A DNA stretch of 64,000 nt from Chiloscyllium plagiosum. Taxonomy: Eukaryota. Below are positions 52,091 to 64,000 of the stretch, piece after piece. Where the stretch lies: contig NC_057718.1 in NCBI RefSeq assembly GCF_004010195.1, positions 26,949,631 to 27,013,630 of the forward strand. The letters are read 5' to 3'. Each line of letters begins with the position of its first letter. Position 1 is the first letter of the stretch. The notes beneath the pieces are model-generated. The model saw nothing but the letters and a program-made list of their open reading frames with translations. It did not search any database and was not told where the DNA came from. The translations under genes were made by a program, and so were the position numbers.

Positions 52091-53331
52091 AATCGTTACT
52101 GTCAACAATGCAGTTCTAAAAAAAATATGAATTACTTAAACTTTTGGTCAAATTGTTTCAACAACTGTTCTGTAATGAAGACCACTTTCTTGAAGTTGCA
52201 AATTTGGTCAGTAAACAAACAATGTAAGGATTTGATTCTGATCCTGCTATCCAAAAGAGAGTATTTTAATTTACAGCATAGAGAATGGGCAAAGAAAATG
52301 AATTTACTTAATATATAGAATGAGACATGTGGAATTTATGTATTTCTGAAAAATATATTCACCCAAGATCCATAAAAAGTTCATGCACTGTTAGAAAAGA
52401 TTCTTAATTTCTATTCAATATTCTATGCAGTGCTACAGAAAATAGAGCATGAATGGACCAGCAGAACTTGGGAGGTGTCGGGAATGCTGGATCACTAGAG
52501 AAATTGTGGCTCTGATCAAGAAAAAGGAGGCAGCATATTAATCAGGTATAGACATCTGGCATCAAGTGAATCCCTAAAAGAACATACGAGCAGTAAGAGT
52601 ATACTTGAGAGAAATCAGGAGAGCAAAAAGGGGACATGAGATAGCGTTGGCAAATAGAGTTAAGGAGAACCCAAAGAGATGCTATAAGCATGTTCGGGCA
52701 AAAGGGAGAAAATAGGTCCCCCTTAAAGATCAACGTGGCTGTCTACGTGTGGAACCACAAAAGATGGGTGAGATACTGAAGGAATATTTCACATCAGTAT
52801 TTACTGTGGAGAAAGACACAGAAATTAGGGTATTTGGGAAAATAAGTCATGATGTTTTGAGTTCACATCACAGAAGAGGAAATGGTGGAAGTCTTAAAAC
52901 ATAAAAGGTAGATAAATCCCAGGGATCCAGAACTTTGTATTAAGGCTAGGGAAGAGATTGCTGGCCTCTTGCTGAGATATTTGTATCATCAACAGTCATG
53001 CGTGAGGTGCTGGAAGACTGGAGGCTGGCTAATATAGTGCCATTATTTATGAAAAAGGTATAAAGAAAAGCCAGGGGACTACAGACCAGTGAGCCTTACA
53101 TCAGTAGTGAGTAAGTTGTTGGAGGGATTCTGAGGGACAGGATTTATATGCATCTGGAAAGGCAAGGACTGATTAGGATCAAGACAGCACGGAAACAGAC
53201 CCTTCAGTCCATCTCTTCTGTACTGGTCAGATATCCCAATCTGACCCAATCCCATTTGCCAGCATTTGGTCTATATTCCTCTAAACCATTCCTTTTCATG
53301 TATCTAATCAGGTACTTTTAAATTTTACAAT

Positions 53332-53464
53332 TGATTCCTGAAGAAGGGCTTATGACCGAAACATCGATTCTCCTGCTCCTTTGATGCTGCCTGACTTGCT
53401 GTGCTTTTCCAGCAACACATTTTTCAGCTCTGATTTCCAGCATCTGCAGTCCTCACTTTCTCCT
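53332..53464 (+). mobile_element. Short Penelope-tail insertion, same family
   Basis: CTGAAGAAGGGCTTATGACCGAAAC core; 11-bp TSD AATTTTACAAT. Other copies at 106-181(-), 14881-14970(+), 19770-19820(-), 31411-31542(+), 33770-33878(+) and 40402-40483(-). Confidence 0.75.
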
Positions 53465-54269
53465 AATTTTACAATAGTACCTGTCTCCACCACCACCTCT
53501 AGCAGCTTGTTCCTTACACACACCAGCTTCTGCATGAAAAAGTCGCCCCTTAAGTCCCTTTTAAATCTTTCCCCTCTCATCTTAAACCTATGCCCTCCAG
53601 TTTTGGACTCCCCATCCGAGGAAAAAGACCATAGTTATTCATCCTAGCCATGCCCCTCATGATTCTATTAACCTTTATGTGGTCACCCCTCAGTTTCTGA
53701 CACCCCTCGTGATGCTCTCCCTTTGATTTTGCCAGAACATGTGGCCTTTCTCTTCCCATCATATCCTTTAAAAAATCACAAGAACATAGATGAGGTGAAT
53801 AGCAAAGGTTTTTTTCCCGTGGGTGGGGGAGTTTAAAGCTGGGGAACATACATTAAAGTCAGAGAATAACATTTTAAAAAGGACATGAGGGGCAACTTTT
53901 TAACACAGAGAGTGGCTTGTGTGTGGAATGAACTGCTAGAAGAAGTATGGATGCAGGTACTGTTACAAAATTTAAAAAACATTTGGATAAGTACATGAAT
54001 GGGAAAGTTTTGGAAAGGTATGGGCTTAATGCAGGCAAATGGGACGAGTTTAGGTTGGGGACATGGTCAGCATAGCACTGTTGGAATACTGCATGCAATT
54101 CTGGTCTCCTTCCTATCGGAAGGATGCTGTGAAACTTGAAAGTGTTCAGAAAAGATTTACAAGGATGTTGCCAGGGTTGGAGGATTTGAGCTATAGGGAA
54201 AGGCTGAATAGACTGGGGCTGTTTTCCCTGAGTGGAGGATACTGAGTGATTTCATAGAAAATAATCTAG

Positions 54270-54505
54270 TAGAATCCCCACAGTGTGGAAGCAGGCCATT
54301 CAGCCCATTGAGTCCACACCGATCCTCCAAAGAGCATCCCACCCAAACCCACCCCCTACCCCTCATGGCTAACCCACCTAACCTGCATACTATGTCAATT
54401 TAGCATGGCCAATCAACCTAACCTTTGGACTGCAGGAGGAAACCAGAGCACTCGGCAGAAGCCCACACAGACACAGGAAGAATATGCAAACTCACACAGA
54501 TAGTC
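54270..54505 (-). mobile_element. HE1-like SINE (partial)
   Basis: Core and tail match the other copies. Confidence 0.75.
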
Positions 54506-54872
54506 ATAGAGATGTAGAGCACAGAAAAAGACCCTTTGGTCCAACTCATCCATGCCAACCAGATATCCTAAATTAATCTAGTCCCATTTTCCAGCATTTG
54601 TCCATATCCCTCTAAACATTTCCTATTCATATACCCATCCAGAGTCAAGAACGAGAGGGCATAGGTTTAGGATGAGTGGGAAATGATATAAAAGGGACAT
54701 CAGGGGCAACTTTTTCACACAGAGTGTGGTGTGTGCATGGAATGAGCTGCTAGAGGAAGTGGTGGAGGCTGGCACAGTTGCAGCATTTAAAATGCATCTG
54801 GACAGGTATATCAATGGGAAGGTTTCAGAGGGATGTGAGCGAAGTGCTGGCAAATTGGACTGGATTAGGTTG

Positions 54873-55520
54873 AAAATCACACAACACCAGGTTATCGTCC
54901 AACAGGTTTATTTGGGAGCACTAGTAAATTTGGAATCCACCTCATACTCCACAACCACCTGATGAAGCAGCAGCGCTCCAACTGCCTGTGCTTCCAATTA
55001 AACCTATTGGACTATAACCTGGTGTTGTGTGATTTTTAACTTTGTATACCCCAGTCCAACACTGACACCTCCAAATCCAGATTAGGTTAGGATCTCTGGT
55101 CGGCATGGACGTGTTGGACCGAAGGGTCTGTTTCTGTGCTGTACATCTCTATGACTCTATGACTATTGGAACTGGAAGGTCTGTTTCCATGCTGTATGAG
55201 TTTTAGACCATGAATATCAATTTGAAGTTGACATGGAGGAGAGATTAAGCCAGGATAACAAGACAATTATGTTGGAAGACAGTGATGGAGAAGGAGAGAG
55301 CATGATCTTGGAATCAGAGTTTGAGTTCATATATTGAGTTATAAATCACACACCAGGTTATAGTCCAATAGATTTGTTTGGACGTACTAACTTTCGGAGC
55401 GCTGCTCCTTCATCAGATACTCCGAAAACTAGTGCTTCCAAATAAGCATGTTGGACTGTAATCTGGTGTTGTGTGATTTTTAACTTGGTGCACCCCAGTC
55501 CAACACCGGCAGCTCCAAGT
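54873..55520. mobile_element. Two inverted-repeat Penelope pLTR elements (54873-55080 and 55343-55520)
   Basis: Each has AAATCACAC..CACCAGGTTAT... followed by its reverse complement; hammerhead core CTGATGAAGGAGCAGCGCTCCGAAA on the minus strand at 55388-55416. Confidence 0.75.
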
Positions 55521-55539
55521 TCATCGACTGAGGGGACCA

Positions 55540-55620
55540 GAGACCGGGACTGGCGCGCGTGCGCCCATTTCCGGTTCTGACGTCAGCCGGTCTGAGTCAG
55601 TGCGTGGCCGATTGTTGTGA
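55540..55620 (+). promoter_or_regulatory. TP53BP2 CpG-rich promoter
   Basis: NRF1/E2F-like GGCGCGCGTGCGC ~55552-55564, ETS TTCCGG 55569-55574, full CRE TGACGTCA 55578-55585, AP-1 TGAGTCA 55593-55599. Confidence 0.75.
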
Positions 55621-56040
55621 CGGAGCAGCCTGTGGAAGCTGGAAAAGGGATTTTCTGGAAAGATCGTTCCGCCGTTTCTGGAGCAATATGTAAGCGGGCG
55701 ACAACAGCAAAATCAGCGACAAAAAAAAAGAGAACTCGCACCTTCCTTGCGCTTCCACTCTTGGTTCCCCCAGCAGTTCAAACGGGAGACTTTCCGAGGA
55801 AAGAGAGAAGAGTCTGTGGGGCGGGCGAGCCTGCTCCTATCTGAGAGACTCGGAAAGTTTGTGAGCGGGAGAGACTGGTCGAGCAGGCCGCACAGTACAC
55901 AACACAACAAGGGTTCAGGAGGCTCCTTCGTCCAGCCATCTCCTCCGACCGGCTCGGGAGCGTTTCGCTGTTTAATTCCCCGTTGACCTCCTTTATTTTC
56001 AGTGAGGAAGAAAGAAGAAACAGAAAGATCTAGGTTATAA

Positions 56041-56067
56041 ATGCGGTTCGGATCCAAAATGATGCCT
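56041..56067 (+). CDS. TP53BP2: TP53BP2/ASPP2 first coding exon (MRFGSKMMP); later exons not seen in the window
   Basis: ATGCGGTTCGGATCCAAAATGATGCCT|gtaagt gives MRFGSKMMP, identical to the recalled N-terminus of human ASPP2 (MRFGSKMMPMFLTVYLS). In-frame TAA immediately upstream; downstream of a CpG-rich promoter. Only 9 aa support the call. Confidence 0.85.
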
Positions 56068-57157
56068 GTAAGTTTTTTCTCCCCCCACCCCGCTCGAAAA
56101 TTATACTTTTAAGAAATTGGAAGAGTTGTTGAAAGAAGGACCATAGTCTCTTCTCCCCCAGTTGATTACACACTCAATTTTCGAAGTAACTAGACCAAAC
56201 TGTTATTTTAAATATGCACCTTCTAGGTTGCTACGTACAGTCTGTCGCCATTGAAGCTTCTGTTTTAACGATATCGCCGCGATCAGTCGGGAAAATAAAT
56301 TAACATGCAAATTAATCCATTCGTTTTTAATGTTTAAGTTCCTGTTCCTCCCCTCCCCCTCCAGCCCCCATTCTATCATGAATTATTGAAATAATGTGAT
56401 TTCTCAATGAACCTACGGTTATTTTTAAGGGCTCAATTGTGTTTTTTTTTGTTTTAGCACAAATTTTAGGAGCATCAAGCCGATCTACTAAGCAAATATG
56501 GATTTTAAATGTGGTTTTGATTGTTGTTATATCAGTTCGTACTTGAAAATGCTGTGATTTCTGAAAGAAAATGTGTGGATTATCAATACCAATAACTAGA
56601 TTTTCTTTCACTATAAACTCTTTATAAAAGAGACAACTTTAAAAAAACACTAAGATATTGAATTATTATCAGCACCTTATTTTGTTGATTACATCATGTT
56701 TAAATCTTGTAGATCATAGAATCCCTACAGTGTGGAAACAGACCACTTAGCCCAACAAGTCCACACTGACCGTCGAGTAACCCACCCAGACCCATTCCTC
56801 TACTCTACATTTCCACTGAACCAAAGTGTCGCCCACTAATATCTGGGCTCAGCCTAAAGGAATTTGTTTAATTGTAATGGTGTGCAATTTCTGTTGGCTG
56901 AAATGGTCAGAACCCAGGGATTATTAAGTTTTGAGAAGTTAGTACCCATGTCCTACATTTATGTTAACTGATCAGAATAACATGGTGACAAAGAAAACTA
57001 AGACACTTTCTGAGGATTAACCTTTGTTTTGACTACTTTTAGTCTAACTCTGAAGGAAAGTATTTTTATCAACATACTTTATAACTGCATTTGCAAAGCT
57101 TAAACATAGGATGTGTTTGCACTGAAGGTTTGTTTATTTGTGAAACATAACAACAGT

Positions 57158-57432
57158 GGCTGGCACAGTGGTTAGCACCGCTGCTTCACAGTGCCAGGGA
57201 CCTGACTTTGATTCTAGCCTCGGGCGATTTGCACGTTCTCCCTTTGTCTGTATGGGTTTCCTCCGGGTGCTTCGTTTTCCTCCCACGGTCCAAAGATGTG
57301 CAAGTTAGGTGAATTGGCCAAGCTAAATGTTCAAGTTAGGTGCATTAATCAGGGGGAATGAGTCTGTTTGGGATACTTTTAGGTGGGTCGGTGTGGACTT
57401 GTTGGGCAAAATGGCCCGTCCCCACAGTGTAG
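57158..57432 (+). mobile_element. HE1-like SINE
   Basis: tRNA-like head, core and tail; a tail-only fragment in the opposite orientation lies at 56716-56815. Confidence 0.8.
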
Positions 57433-60279
57433 TGACTGGATATTTGTATACTAACGCTGACACAGATTTCAACGTAAGTTTAGCATCAGAGCGCAAAGTG
57501 ACTGTGAAGTGAGACAATACGAGATTTCCCAGAAAGGTTGCTTGGGTTAGATACTGTGGATTATGTATTTGTTAGAGCGATAAACCTAATTTATTGGATG
57601 CAGGTCATTTGGATAACTTGGACATCTTGTAAACCTGGTTTAACTTGATGTCAATATTGACAGCTGAGATTCCTTACTCTCTGCTGTTGTAATAATTTCA
57701 GCAGTTAACTGTTGGGAGAGAGAAAGAGAGCTCCATTTATTTATTGTTTCCATTTCACTAGCTTTAGGTGCAATATTGAACATTGGCATTTCAAGCCAAC
57801 TGAGATGATCTACAGACAAAGTTGAAATGTAAATTCACAGGGCAACTGGAATTAATTCACTTGCACACTCCTTTGTGGCATCTGCTTGGATTCATTATGC
57901 AGAGTTCTGACTTCAGAAATTCAGCTTGGCATTCAACCAGAAAAAAATCTTTTTTGTACCTTCTCTGATCTCACTGTTTGAATTATGGAAAATGGAAGCT
58001 GAGGCAAAGGTATTGTATATTGCTGAATCTTTTCATCTTGCACTTATCATCAAGGCAAGTGTAAGAATGCAATGCTGCAGTCAGAATTGACTTGTCAGCT
58101 AACAATTAACTTGTCAACTCTTGTAGTATAAATTGTTGTAATCATTTGAAATTTGGCAATCTTGAGTTTGTTCCGATGAGTGCAAAATGAAAAGCTTCAA
58201 CCACATGTCTCTCTTTGCAGCAATTTTCAAGTTCTGTCCCACCAAGTGACCATCAAAGTTGTCTGGTGACAGATCAAGAAACATTGTACAATAGTACAAT
58301 CCAATATTGCAGCTGTGTGGTATTACTGAAACCAGATTTTTAAAACAAAGCTGATGGCATGAAAGAATAGGAGGCTTTTAGTTTTATTGTGTTACCAAAA
58401 GTAGGAATTTTCATGGTGGCAAGATTGCTTTTGAAATGTCAAATTTGAGAGCTAGAAGAGTAAATTACATGCCAACATAAATCGATCTTCCATTCATTTG
58501 GTTTCAATTCAAGAATATTGTGAATAAATGAATGACATTTGCTTCCATAATTTAATCTGTTTTGTTTTCTGCTACTTTCATTTTTGATGCTTAAATTTAA
58601 TATGTCTGCCAGCTGTCATCCTAGCTGCAAGTCACTTGGATGTTTTGGTGAGGATGATTCTGTCCTGTTTCTATCCCAAGTATTTGGCTGCAACAACTGT
58701 TATGTTTCATGACACATGGAAAACCCACATGAACTGATTGTAAAGTCTAAATTATAATGCATTTGTCCCATATTACATGAACTCAGGATTTTGTTTTTAT
58801 TCCAATGCATGTTGTTGCAAATTTGTGTATTCAAATTATTTGATGATGTCTCTTTAAAACAAAATGAGATAACCAGTTTGTTTTTTGTAACTACTGTGTT
58901 GACGCTGCAGAGTTGTTAACTTTCTGGAAGTTTTCTGTATCCAGTGAAATAGCTCAAGTCTGTCCTAATCCATTGTTTGGATTGTCACCTGCAAAGTTAG
59001 TGTTGTGATTACTGGTTTGAAATCATGTAAATGAACTTAAATTAATGACTTCAAATCCAGACTTTTATTGGAAATTTATATTAACTCAAAATCATTAAAA
59101 TACTTTTGCAATTGAATCCGGATATTTATAAGAAAATATTTCTGAGGAGAGCCACTATTCCTTCTGATCATTGTATTTTCTCTGGATTCTTATCAGATTT
59201 TTGCAAGGTTTCTCAACTGCACATTGATATTCCCTACTTGGCATCAAATGAGCAAATAGACTTGTATCCAACAAGAATTGTGACTTTGTCAGCATCCTTT
59301 CTTTTCAACTGTGTTGATTTACTGTTTGCTCCTCGTAACAAGTAGTGATGTATGATGCTGTTCATTATCAACTTTTTGAGTAATTGGGCATCAGTGTGTT
59401 TGGGCAAACCTGCAGAACTGTTTGTCAGGTGACTGAGTGAAGGTAGCTCATCAGGAAAACTGTACCCCAATTAGAATCAGCTTCATTATGTCAGTATTGT
59501 AGTAATATGTTTTTGAAACATAATCTGATAGTGTAAAGTTTCCTGTAAACTAACGGTAGCTAGATTGCCAGTTTCATAGCTGAGATAAGATTTAAATCAC
59601 AATTAGTGAGGGTAAATTTAGTACAGTAAGTGCAACACTTTGAATCATAGCATGGTAACAGCACAGAAGGAGGCAATGCAGCCTCGCAGGTCCCTTCTCT
59701 GCAGGAGTAAATCACACAGATGCACCCCCTTGCCTTTTTCTCAAAAGTCTTCATTTTTTTCTCCTCAGATAATTATTCAGTTCTCTTTTGAAGGCCTCTA
59801 TTTTCTTCCATCACATTCTGAAGCAGTGTATTTCAGATCCTAACCACTCACATATAAAATAGTTTTCTCATATCATCATTGCTTCTTTTGCGAATCACCA
59901 AACATTGGTGTCTCTTGGTTTCTTGATCATTATTCCAACAGAAAGATTGGCTACTCCATCCAGACCCCTCATGATTTTGAGCGCCTCGACCAAATCTCTT
60001 TTTAATGTTAAATTCTCAGAAGGTATTCTTGTGAAGCCTCCATAACACACTCTGTTAGGACATAGCATGACAGTTTATTGTGATTGATACGAGCACTGAG
60101 GATTGATGTACTACCATGGTATTCTGTGTCTGACATTGTGCACCGATTTTGGCCTCCCTCATTACAGCCTGTACTTCAAGAAACAACTGGCGATCTCTGT
60201 GACATCTCCCAATCCTCAACTCAAAATATATCCACATGTTATCAGTATTTGAGGAAGAGGAAATTTACCTAAAAAGTAT

Positions 60280-61630
60280 CTGATTTGCTCATGTCCATTA
60301 GGGAGGGAAGAACGAGTCATGTACTTGGCAGAACTGGCCTACTTGTGACTCCAGATCAATTACAATGTAGTTCACTTAGAGTTGCCCTCTAAAATGATCC
60401 AATAAGCCATTCAGTTGTATCAAAAAACTAAAAAGTCCTCAAAAGAATGAAAATGGGTGGACTACACGGCATGACTTTCTGCACTGGAAATGACAACTGC
60501 GCATTCAACCCTGTCAGTCCCGTGAAGTCCTCTTTATTAACACGTGGAGGTTATTTCAAAATTGGTGGACCTGCTGAACAACACTAGTCAAACAAAATTC
60601 TGGTCACCCTTTCCAAAGGAAGGAGGTTGTTAAACTTGAGAGGGTGCAAAAAGGATTTGCAAGGATGTTGGTGCATCTGGAGGGTTTGAGCTGTCAGGAG
60701 AGGCTGTGACCTTTTTTCCCTACAGCAACGGGGACTGACAGGTGACCTTAGAGAGGTTCATAAAATCATGAGGGCACAGTTAAGATGAATTGCAAAGGTC
60801 GTTTGTCAAGGGTGGGAATTCCAAAATTAGAGGACATAGGTTTAAGATGAGAGAGGAAAGATTCAAAAGGGACCTAAAGGGGCAATATTTTCACACAGAG
60901 CGTGGTGCACGTATGGAATCAGCTACAACAGGACGTGGAGGAGGTGGGTACAATTACAACATCTAAGAGGCATCTCGATGGTTTAATGATAAGAATGGGT
61001 TTAGAGGGATAAGAGCCAAATGCTGGCAAATGGGACTAGGTCAGATTGGGGTGTATTTTTGGCGAGTATGAGTTGGATGGGATGGTCCATTTCCATGCTG
61101 TTTAACACACTGACTCTGTAACAGCCAAACATAGTGATACTTGTGAAATTGAACCTAACACACAGTGTCCAAGATACCATCATCAGAGATTGCATTACAG
61201 TGGTGTACAGTTCGTAGAGAGGAAAGGGTGAAAAACCTGCTGGTAACCACTCACCCAGTCACTCAAAAGTAATGAATCCATTTTGAAAGCTACTTGGAGA
61301 AACCAGTGAGTGTGCCAAGGGCACACAAGATATTCTGGATGGGAAACTTCAGTGTTCACCACCAAAACTCTTAGTGGCTCCATTACTGACCAAACGAGTT
61401 GAGCCACTCAGGCAGGTTGACCTTCCCTCCATCAGAAGGGAATGTTCACCGACGATTGCACCGTTCGTGACTGCTCATGTACTGAAGCAGTCCATGTTCA
61501 AAAGCAACAAGACGTGGACAACTTCTAGGCATAAGCTGTTATTTGTGCCACATGAATGCCAGGCAGTGACTATCTCCAATAGGATGCAATCTAACCACTG
61601 CACCTGACGTGTTGGTGTTCACCATCACTG
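60280..61630 (+). mobile_element. Second decayed copy of the same LINE family (5' UTR domain, APE start, RT remnant)
   Basis: 60280-60600 is colinear with 16590-16870; 61490-61630 is colinear with 18655-18810. Confidence 0.7.
60600..61118 (+). mobile_element. CR1 3' fragment nested in the second copy of the tRNA-headed LINE family
   Basis: KLERVQKGFARML and a CR1 3' UTR. Confidence 0.8.
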
Positions 61631-62269
61631 AATCAGATTTAAATCTCAAATATTCATAGGAAACAAATGCAGAATATATTAAAATCAATTCTCCAAATGA
61701 AAACTCTAATTTCTGTTAAAACGAACTAACAACTCAATGTCTCATGTATACATATTAAATCTAACTTCAGATATAGATTAATGACAAAAATTGTCCTAAT
61801 TTTTTTTATAAGTTTCATCAGTGTTTTGAATAAAATGTGTGGTTGCTGACAAACTGACAGTGTAAATTCAACTTTCCAAATAAAACAGTCGGAATTATAG
61901 TGGTTACAGACCAGTAACTGTACAACTTTGGTAGAGATCAGCATTCTTTGAATTTGCAATTTAAAGGGGGGCAATGAAGTCTGAACAATAATTGACAGAA
62001 CTTAAATAGCTCAGCCTCAAGTTCTAATATTCTCCAAAATTTTAACAAGCCATCAAAATTAAAATGCACTCTTTTTGTGAACACTTTGCACTAAAAAAGC
62101 AGCAAAGATGTTTCAATGCAATACTTTCATCTGGCTAAAGCATGACCAGTAACACAATTGTTTTTTGGAACAGGCGTTGTAGAATTTCAAAAAAAAGTCA
62201 GGGGCTCAAAGCCCTCAATAAATTCGTTTTAAGGTTACATGTTTGATAATTTTAAAAAGGACCTAATGT

Positions 62270-62605
62270 TTAGATTAGATTAGATTACATTACATTAGAT
62301 TACATTACAGTGTGGAAACAGGCCCTTCGGCCCAACAAGTCCACACCGACCCGCCGAAGCGAAACCCACCCATACCCCTACATTTACCCCTTACCTAACA
62401 CTACGGGCAATTTAGCATGGCCAATTCACCTGACCCTGCACATCTTTTTGGACTGTGGGAGGAAACCGGAGCACCCGGAGGAAACCCACGCAGACACGGG
62501 GAGAACGTGCAAACTCCACACAGTCAGTCGCCTGAGGCGGGAATTGAACCCGGGTCTCAAGCGCTGTGAGGCAGCAGTGCTAACCACTGTGCCACCGTGC
62601 CGCCC
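62270..62605 (-). mobile_element. Young full-length HE1-like SINE
   Basis: Intact A and B boxes, CpGs retained, (TTAGA/TTACA)n tail, TAATGTT target duplication. Confidence 0.92.
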
Positions 62606-63184
62606 ATAATGTTGTATTATGCTAATGTAAAAACAAAATCTGCCCTAATACACAGCCCACAAAACATTTGAATCCTAATTCAAATAAGTCACACAATTAC
62701 TTAAAAGGATTGTGATTGCACGCACGTGCGCACACACCAATAAAACCAATTCCCTGTAATTACAAATATTCTGCCAATTCACTCCTTATTCCCTGAATAA
62801 AGCAACAGAGCTTTTCATTGTGCCTCGGTACATGTGACAATGCTGTTTTATCTGGTCATCATTCTTCTTGGGTTTTGAAAATTACTGGAAGTCTTTAGCA
62901 TGGCTTTCCTGTCGATTTTTCAACAGTTTCAGAGGCATTATAATCATCTTCAAATTTTGACCATACACAGTGAACGCAGACAACTAAAACTTAAACAAGC
63001 AAAGAGGTCTCACTTAATATTTCAGTAACAAATTCCCGTGGGGATTTCCCCTCTTAACAACCGGTCTAAGGCAGGGTGGTTGAGACAGGCAGGAGGTTTT
63101 TTTTAACCTTACGCACTGTGCTCCGGAGGCTCAAACCTTACTGTTTCAGGACTCTGACCTCCGAATTCCAGGGGGACTCGAACC

Positions 63185-64000
63185 GGTAGATGTAGGGAAT
63201 GCTGGATGACTCGAGAAATTGAAGGTTTGGTTAAGAAAAAGAAAGAAGCGTATGTCAGGTATAGACAGGATAGATCGAATGAATCCTTACAAGAGTATAA
63301 AGTCAGTAGGAGTATACTTAAGAGGGAAATCAGGAGAGCAAAAAGGGGACATAAGATAGCTTTGGCAAATAGGGTTAAGGAGAATCCCAAGGGTTTTACA
63401 AAAACATTAAGGACAAAAGGATAACTAGGGAAAAAATAGGGCCCCACAAAGATCAGCAAGGAGGCTTTTGTGTGGAGTTGCAGGAGATGGGGGAGATACT
63501 AAATGAGTATTTTGTATCAGTGTTTACTGTGGAGAAGGACATCTAAGATATAGAATGTAGGGAAATAGATGGTGACATCTTGAAAAATGTCCATATTACG
63601 GGGGAAGAAGTGCTGGATGTCTTGAAATGCTTAAAGTGGATAAATCCCCAGGACCTGATCAGGGGTACCCTCGAACTCTATGGGAAGCTAGGGAAGTGAT
63701 TGCTGGGATATTTGTATCATCGATTGTCACAGGTTAGATGCCGGAGGAGTGGAGGCTGGCAAACATGGTGCCACTATTTAAGAAAGGTGGTAAGGCCAAG
63801 CCAGGGAACTATACTCCGGCGAACCAGTCATCGGTGGTAGGCAAGTTGTTGGAGGGAATCCTGAGGGACAGCATGGACATGTATATGGAAAGGCAAGGAC
63901 TGATTAGGGATACTCAACATGACGTTGTGCGTAGGAAATCATGTCTCATGAACTTGACTGAGTTTTTTGAGGTAGTAACAATGCGGATTGATGAGGGTAG
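63185..64000 (+). mobile_element. CR1 LINE ORF2 fragment running off the right edge
   Basis: Colinear with 22140-22965 (ECWMTREIEGLVKKKKEAY..., KSPGPD). Confidence 0.9.

Larger units (their letters stand above)
52475..55200. mobile_element. Cluster of nested CR1 fragments in both orientations, with SINE and Penelope insertions
   Basis: Plus-strand ORF2 piece 52475-53178; minus-strand 3' end 53181-53700; plus-strand 3' ends 53790-54070 and 54640-55160. Confidence 0.85.

Noticed and set aside
57950..58015. Possible TP53BP2 exon (ATGGAAAATGGAAGCTGAGGCAAAG|gtattg)
   Set aside because: No similarity to ASPP2 exon 2 and no clear acceptor.
62520..62605. tRNA-like sequence with A and B boxes
   Set aside because: It is a SINE head, continuing into the SINE core and tail with a TSD; not a tRNA gene.
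1..64000. CRISPR arrays, operons or other prokaryotic systems
   Set aside because: The sequence is spliceosomal-intron-containing vertebrate DNA; its repeats are dispersed TEs, not repeat-spacer arrays.

Overview
Vertebrate genomic DNA, almost certainly from a shark (inferred from HE1-type SINEs and CR1/HER1-type LINEs). Two protein-coding genes lie head-to-head, about 13.5 kb apart. XPO5 (exportin-5) is on the minus strand: coding exons 1-9 were read by hand from 42489 down to 222, the gene runs off the left edge, and its ~31 kb first intron has a GC donor. TP53BP2 (ASPP2) is on the plus strand: only its first coding exon (MRFGSKMMP, 56041-56067) is present. Each gene has its own CpG-rich promoter. 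The rest is nested, mostly decayed retroelements: a full-length two-LTR Gmr1-like Gypsy element (gag/SCAN-PR-IN-RT-RH, GATG TSD), many CR1 LINEs (one near full length), tRNA-derived SINEs, Penelope-like remnants and short Penelope tails carrying minimal hammerhead-ribozyme cores, and RTE fragments. There is also a LINE family that appears to start with a tRNA-like head and has an internally deleted SINE derivative. Nearly all ORFs in the supplied track are TE debris or noise. Gene and TE family names come from recalled sequence similarity, not from database searches, and repeat boundaries are approximate unless a TSD is given.
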